Shown piece after piece: positions 58,814 through 64,000 of a stretch of DNA of 64,000 nt (positions are counted from its first letter, which is position 1; every line of letters begins with the position of its first letter). Source of the DNA: Acutalibacteraceae bacterium (GTDB lineage Bacteria > Bacillota > Clostridia > Oscillospirales > Acutalibacteraceae); the NCBI GenBank assembly GCA_045647125.1, contig JAZRLZ010000019.1, positions 593 to 64,592 of the forward strand. Direction: 5' to 3'. Position numbers and translations under genes: made by a program. The notes under the pieces are model-generated. The model searched no databases. It saw only the letters and a program-made list of their open reading frames with translations, and was not told where the DNA came from.

Positions 58814-58814
58814 T

Positions 58815-60353
58815 TTATCCTATCATAAACTTCCAGAAGGAACGGAAGAATTCAATCAGAAGCTTCATTACGTTAAGTGTACTTGTCTGGTGAGATGCAT
58901 CCCACAAAGCATCCTCGAGGGGAGTACGCTCTGCACGAACGCGTGAGAATGTCTGGTTAACGGTATCATTCTGCATAAACTGCGGATACTTGCCGTTTTC
59001 GTGAACAGTCATCTGATGCTCACTGTTGAACATAACCTTATACATTTCATCGTGACCATCGTGAGTTGTACTGTGAAGCATACCCTTAATGAACCATGTC
59101 TGGTCTGGTAAAATGCAGGTAGAAGCATCGATTTTTCTGTCAGGGGAAATGTACTTTGTTTCGGGGTACATAGCCTGTTGATAATCATCGGGTAAGTATT
59201 CATCAATATATGAGCAGGTTGCACCTAAGGAAGCATACTTTGTATCAACTGTACCGTCAGATGTGTTTCTGTATGCAGTTACCAGGGGAGTTCTCTGTAT
59301 ATCATAGCCTACAACGTTATAAATTGTTGTGCCATTAGCTTGTGCTTCCATTAAGATTTCGGCAGCGGATTGCTGTACCTCGTAGTGATAGAAGTCGATT
59401 TTTTCTATAACACCTGCATGGATATCTTCATCAAGCTTCATAAATTCCTTGCCTGACTCATAATATTCGTGGGGAACAAAGCTCCATATACCGGGCATTG
59501 TTGAGAAAATGGGGATAAGTGCTTCGTCAAAAACTCTGTCCTTAAGGTTTGCAACAAGGTTATCAGCAATGTCAACAAGACCTAACCATACACCGCCATC
59601 GTCGAGCATTTCAACAAGTGTGTAAAGTATACCGGGGATAACATTGCCATCCATTGAAGGTAATGCATCCTTTGCGTAGTTAACAAGAGCATCCTTGTTG
59701 ATTTCTACCTTGCCGTTGTAAAGCTCGCCTGCAACTGCAGTGCCCTGCAAGGGACAACATTGGAAGATGATGGTTTCAATATCCTTTGAGCCGTAAAGCT
59801 TAAGGTATGACATAGTAACAACACCACCCATTGATGATGCTCTGAAGCGTACTGTGTCATGACCTGTCATTTCCTTAACCTCTTGAATGAAGGTATGAAG
59901 CTTCTGTGCATTTTCTACGGGGTCAAGACGGAAATCATAACCGAAATAATAGTTATGGTCTATGCCGTGAGGAGTTTCAGGATCGGGATGGAATTCCTCG
60001 GAGGTAACCCTTTCGTGTGAATTGCCGTTTTCGTCAAGTGCAAGCATACCGAAGGATGCATTAACACAGCTTATAAGTACGTCACCGAAGGCATCGTAGT
60101 TTTTATCAAGCAAAAGGTTTGCTGCCGCAGGAACAAGCGGAGCAAAATCGTTTAAAATATCAGATGTTTCAGGTCTGAAAAGTGTTCTTTCGTTTTCTGT
60201 ACCTGCATCAAGGAATACGTAGCCACTGCCAAGTGCCGCAACGTAAATTATAGGCGCTTCACCGCAATTGCATTTGCCGTCAGCGGCAAAGCAAGGAACA
60301 ACACCTACGGCAATAATTACAAGTGCAAGTATAACCGATAACATTTTTTTCAT
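58815..60353 (-). CDS. Secreted alpha/beta-hydrolase (lipase/esterase-like)
   Basis: ATG at 60353 (MKKMLSVILALVIIAVG signal peptide). Nucleophile-elbow-like RASSMGG. Confidence 0.6.
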   Translation of the reverse strand: MKKMLSVILALVIIAVGVVPCFAADGKCNCGEAPIIYVAALGSGYVFLDAGTENERTLFRPETSDILNDFAPLVPAAANLLLDKNYDAFGDVLISCVNASFGMLALDENGNSHERVTSEEFHPDPETPHGIDHNYYFGYDFRLDPVENAQKLHTFIQEVKEMTGHDTVRFRASSMGGVVTMSYLKLYGSKDIETIIFQCCPLQGTAVAGELYNGKVEINKDALVNYAKDALPSMDGNVIPGILYTLVEMLDDGGVWLGLVDIADNLVANLKDRVFDEALIPIFSTMPGIWSFVPHEYYESGKEFMKLDEDIHAGVIEKIDFYHYEVQQSAAEILMEAQANGTTIYNVVGYDIQRTPLVTAYRNTSDGTVDTKYASLGATCSYIDEYLPDDYQQAMYPETKYISPDRKIDASTCILPDQTWFIKGMLHSTTHDGHDEMYKVMFNSEHQMTVHENGKYPQFMQNDTVNQTFSRVRAERTPLEDALWDASHQTSTLNVMKLLIEFFRSFWKFMIG

Positions 60354-60536
60354 ATAATTACCCCTTTTAATAAAAATATTATTTAATAATATTTTAACAT
60401 ATATCGTAATTTCTTTTAATATGCAAAACCTACAAAATTCCATCGGCCTTTTTTTACAAATCAACTATTGTCATAATGTTGTTAAAAGATTAAATATATG
60501 ATAAAATAAACAGTAATTAATTAAAGGGATGATTTT

Positions 60537-61280
60537 ATGTCTTATTCTTTATTTGCCGAGGTTTACGATAAGCTCACAGTTAATGTTGATTATAAACTTC
60601 GTGCCGATTACATCAATAATATTCTTGAACAAAACGGAGTTAAAAAAGGTCTTTTACTTGACCTTGCCTGCGGTACAGGTTCTTTATCCGTTGAGTTTGC
60701 CCGTAAAGGCTACGAGGTTATTGCAACCGATTTGTCACCCGATATGCTTATGCAGGCACGCGAAAAGGCTTTTCGTGAAAATCTTGATATTATGTTTTTG
60801 TGTCAGGGTATGGAGGAAACAGATCTTTACGGCACAGTGGGTGCAATTGTATGCTCCCTTGACAGTATAAATCATCTTGAATCCCTTGATGCACTCAACA
60901 AAACCTTTTCTGTATTGAAAAATTTTATTGATGATGGCGGAATTATGGTTTTTGACGTTAACACACCATATAAGCACACCGATATACTTGGCAATAACAC
61001 CTTCGTATATGATGAGAAGGATGTTTTCTGTGTTTGGCAAAATCATCTTCTTGAGGATGGGAAAAAAGTAAATATAAATCTTGATTTCTTTTGCAAAACC
61101 GATGATTTATATGAACGTTTTAACGAGAATTTCAACGAAATTGCCTTTACGGATGCTGAAATAACAAACGCGGCAGAGAGTAACGGCTTTAAAGTGATGA
61201 AACGTTATGACGATTTAACCTTTAATGATCCGAAAGCGGAAACTCAGCGTATTTATTACGTTATCAGGAGGGAATATTGA
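60537..61280 (+). CDS. Class I SAM-dependent methyltransferase
   Basis: Motif I LLDLACGTGSLS. Confidence 0.8.
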   Translation: MSYSLFAEVYDKLTVNVDYKLRADYINNILEQNGVKKGLLLDLACGTGSLSVEFARKGYEVIATDLSPDMLMQAREKAFRENLDIMFLCQGMEETDLYGTVGAIVCSLDSINHLESLDALNKTFSVLKNFIDDGGIMVFDVNTPYKHTDILGNNTFVYDEKDVFCVWQNHLLEDGKKVNINLDFFCKTDDLYERFNENFNEIAFTDAEITNAAESNGFKVMKRYDDLTFNDPKAETQRIYYVIRREY

Positions 61281-62785
61281 TGGAAGATTTAATGTATTTA
61301 AAAAGTGGTACCGATATACGTGGTGTTGCAGTGGAATCTGCTGGTAAGTCTATTGATCTTACTGACGAAAGGGTTGTAGCAATAGTAAACGCCCTTGTTG
61401 TTTTGCTGAAAAATAAGCTTAATAAAAATGATTTAAAAATTGCGGTTGGCTACGATTCACGTGTTTCCTCCGTAAGAATTGCAAATGCCGTAACTGCAAC
61501 ACTTGCACAGCTTGGTGTTGAAACTTATGATTGCGGTCTTTCTTCAACACCCTCTATGTTTATGTCTATTATAAATTTTGGTGTAGATGCTTCTGTAGAA
61601 ATTACCGCAAGTCATTTGCCCATGGAAATGAACGGTCTTAAATTCTTCACTCGTGAGGGTGGTTTTTCGGGTGATGATATCAAGGCGATTTTATCCTATG
61701 CTATGGAAAATCCCTACACTTTGAATAATGCTTCTACCACTGTAAACAAGCTTGATAACATGGGTAAATATTGCAATGACCTTTGCGATATGATTAAGAA
61801 AGGTGTTAATGCATCCGATTACGAAAAGCCTCTTAAAGGGCTTAAGATTATTGTAGATGCGGGTAACGGTGTTGGTGCCTTCTATGCTCATAAGGTTTTA
61901 GCTGTGCTGGGTGCAGATATTGAGGGTAGTCAGTTTCTTGAGCCTGACGGCACGTTCCTTAATCATATACCTAACCCCGAAAACAAAGCTGCTATGGAAA
62001 GCATCTGCAGTGCGGTTAAAAATTCAGGTGCAGATTTAGGTGTTATATTCGATACCGATTGCGACAGAGCCGCCTGCGTTGATGAAAGCGGTGCGGAAAT
62101 AAATCGTAACAAGCTTGTTGCCCTTGCATCATTTATTGCCCTTGACGGTAAAAAGAATGGTGTTATCGTTACCGATAGCGTAACATCTGATGGTCTTAAT
62201 ACGTTTATTGAAGAGCATCTCGGGGGAGTACATCATCGCTTTAAACGTGGATATAAGAATGTTATTGATGAGGCAATCCGTCTTGAAAAAGAGGAGAATA
62301 AGTGGTCACCACTTGCTATAGAAACCTCAGGACATGCCGCATTTAAGGAGAATTATTATCTTGATGACGGTGCTTATCTGGTCACTCGCATTATAATTGA
62401 GGCGGCACGTCTTAATAGAGAGGGCAAAACAATCGGTAGTATTATTGAAAGCCTTAAAATCCCCCTTGAGGAAAGGGAGGTACGCTTTAAAATAAAGCTT
62501 GATCCCTTCCGTGATTACGGTAACAAGGTTATTGATGACCTTAAAAGCCTTGCCGAAAGCACCGATGGTCTTGTTGTAGCACCTGTAAATCATGAAGGTG
62601 TTCGTATAAGCTTCGATAAAAATAATGGTGATGGCTGGCTGCTTTTGAGAATGAGTGTGCACGAGCCTCTTCTTGTGCTTAATTGTGAAAGTAATGTACA
62701 AGGCGGCACAGATAAAATTCTTGAATTCTTCAAAGGCTTTGTCACAAAATACGAAAAGCTTGACTTAAGCAAATTAGAAATTTAA
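61277..62785 (+). CDS. Phosphomannomutase/phosphoglucomutase (alpha-D-phosphohexomutase)
   Basis: Active-site loop TASHLPMEMNG, metal loop FDTDCDR, ETSGH sugar loop. ATGA overlap with the methyltransferase gene. Confidence 0.85.
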   Translation: MMEDLMYLKSGTDIRGVAVESAGKSIDLTDERVVAIVNALVVLLKNKLNKNDLKIAVGYDSRVSSVRIANAVTATLAQLGVETYDCGLSSTPSMFMSIINFGVDASVEITASHLPMEMNGLKFFTREGGFSGDDIKAILSYAMENPYTLNNASTTVNKLDNMGKYCNDLCDMIKKGVNASDYEKPLKGLKIIVDAGNGVGAFYAHKVLAVLGADIEGSQFLEPDGTFLNHIPNPENKAAMESICSAVKNSGADLGVIFDTDCDRAACVDESGAEINRNKLVALASFIALDGKKNGVIVTDSVTSDGLNTFIEEHLGGVHHRFKRGYKNVIDEAIRLEKEENKWSPLAIETSGHAAFKENYYLDDGAYLVTRIIIEAARLNREGKTIGSIIESLKIPLEEREVRFKIKLDPFRDYGNKVIDDLKSLAESTDGLVVAPVNHEGVRISFDKNNGDGWLLLRMSVHEPLLVLNCESNVQGGTDKILEFFKGFVTKYEKLDLSKLEI

Positions 62786-62816
62786 CGATTATTGAAATCG
62801 TTTGTGTATCAAAAAA

Positions 62817-62845
62817 CATCGCAAGGTTATCCTTGCGATGTTTTT
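62817..62845. terminator. Bidirectional rho-independent terminator
   Basis: 10-bp stem catcgcaagg/ccttgcgatg flanked by AAAAAA and TTTTT. Confidence 0.8.
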
Positions 62846-62862
62846 GTTTGAGTTATAGTAAA

Positions 62863-63432
62863 TCAGTCATCTACATCGGTAAAATCAACCTCTGTATAGT
62901 TGCTTTCGGGCAATTTGGCGTTAATATCCTTAAGTATTTTTATTGCCTTTATTTCAGTAATAAAGGTTAGTATTCCTATTATTACAAGGCCTATACCTAC
63001 CACGGAGGTTGCTGCTTCTGCCAGAAGCATAGGGGAGTTGATTATTATGATTGAAATAATAATCATAAGTATTGATTTTATTTTTGATGTAAAGGAAAAT
63101 GTGGCAATGCTGAAAATCAGTAAGCCTATGCCGATAATCACAGGGAAAAATGAAAGTATGGGCTTAGGATGTGTAATAAGCGTTACTGCAAAGGCGGCAA
63201 TTATTGCACCCGATATAAGTGAAAAGGTTTTCGGTTTTCCTTCACGGGTGGATTTGAAGTAAACAACAAATCTTTCGATTGCCTTTATTGCCACAACAAT
63301 GCCCAACGCCAGACATACAATGTTAAGCGTTTTTGCAGGTGCAACAGTCAGCACTATTCCTATTACCGTAAGTATAATTCCTACAAGCAACGGCGTTGCT
63401 AATATAGGTGAATTTTTTAGAAATTTTTTCAT
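62863..63432 (-). CDS. HdeD/DUF308-family membrane protein
   Basis: 189 aa, six TM helices with a repeated G-rich helix pattern. Confidence 0.5.
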   Translation of the reverse strand: MKKFLKNSPILATPLLVGIILTVIGIVLTVAPAKTLNIVCLALGIVVAIKAIERFVVYFKSTREGKPKTFSLISGAIIAAFAVTLITHPKPILSFFPVIIGIGLLIFSIATFSFTSKIKSILMIIISIIIINSPMLLAEAATSVVGIGLVIIGILTFITEIKAIKILKDINAKLPESNYTEVDFTDVDD

Positions 63433-64000
63433 CTTGTGTTACTCTCACTTTGTAATTTGTATTCGTTTATCTGTGCGGTGATTTCCTCCATATATTTGCC
63501 GTGAAGCTTGAATTTGAAGGTGAATACAAGGAATGAAAGCACAAATAAAACTACGGGAGCTACCAACATCATAAGGCTTATGGCTGATTTAACACCCTCT
63601 GTATTCATCGCGTGTAAATTCTCGTCATAGCGTGATGCCTCAAGACCTGAGAAAAGTATAATAGTTTGTATTGTGTAAGCCATCTTCTGCAAGAAGCCCT
63701 TCATAGAGAATATGATTGACTCAGAACGGAAGCCTTGCTTTACGTGACCGTAGTCAACAATATCTGCAAGGAAAACAGTTTGGGAAACGAACATTGACGC
63801 AACACCTATTGAAGCTATTGTGTAGCATATATTCATTGCAAAAAGAACTCCTGCGTTGCCGGAAATCATACAACCCGAAAAACCTGCAATTGCAAGACCT
63901 AATGAGAATTGATAAATCCTTCGTCTTGTTGTGAATTTTGACATAACAGGTATAACTGCAATACCAAGCACAGAGCCTACTGCACCAAAAAGGTTGAAAT
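63429..64000 (-). CDS. GPH/MFS-family sugar:cation symporter, C-terminal part (gene runs off the window end)
   Basis: Frame open to position 64000. Hydrophobic helices and MelB/YicJ-like C-terminal pattern. Confidence 0.55.
   Translation of the reverse strand, partial: FNLFGAVGSVLGIAVIPVMSKFTTRRRIYQFSLGLAIAGFSGCMISGNAGVLFAMNICYTIASIGVASMFVSQTVFLADIVDYGHVKQGFRSESIIFSMKGFLQKMAYTIQTIILFSGLEASRYDENLHAMNTEGVKSAISLMMLVAPVVLFVLSFLVFTFKFKLHGKYMEEITAQINEYKLQSESNTR

Overview
Chromosomal segment (about 40% GC by eye) from a spore-forming Clostridia organism. It is probably Ruminococcus/Oscillospiraceae-like. That inference rests on spoIIGA-sigE and yunB, several dockerin-bearing and BspA-type leucine-rich-repeat surface proteins, and amino-sugar/glycan genes (nagA, chbG-like, nanA-like, a GH38 mannosidase, a phosphomannomutase). 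All calls come from reading the ORF translations and the DNA by eye. No database search was run, so family names are motif-based recollection.

Layout:
- 0.4-5.4 kb: a translationally coupled ABC exporter / DUF1854 / ABC exporter operon.
- 5.4-13.8 kb: assorted housekeeping and envelope genes.
- 13.9-29.7 kb: a very compact phage-derived locus. An ImmA-like/XRE regulator pair faces one long operon of terminase, portal, Prp protease, scaffold, capsid, short-tail/fibre and lysis genes. It contains no integrase, no replication genes, no recognisable small terminase, and no tape-measure, tube or sheath genes.
- 29.7-64 kb: host genes. These include an amino-acid ABC importer, a dockerin-tagged peptidoglycan hydrolase, nagA, spoIIGA-sigE, an acyl-CoA ligase with iorAB, a 1,000+-aa LRR surface protein, yunB, apgM, guaB, a GH38 mannosidase, a secreted-hydrolase/membrane-protein pair and a methyltransferase-phosphomannomutase pair.

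No rRNA, tRNA, CRISPR array, transposase or reverse transcriptase was seen. The most interesting object is the 15.8-kb regulator-gated particle/lysis operon, which has the architecture of a domesticated (GTA- or PBSX-like) element rather than a viable prophage.
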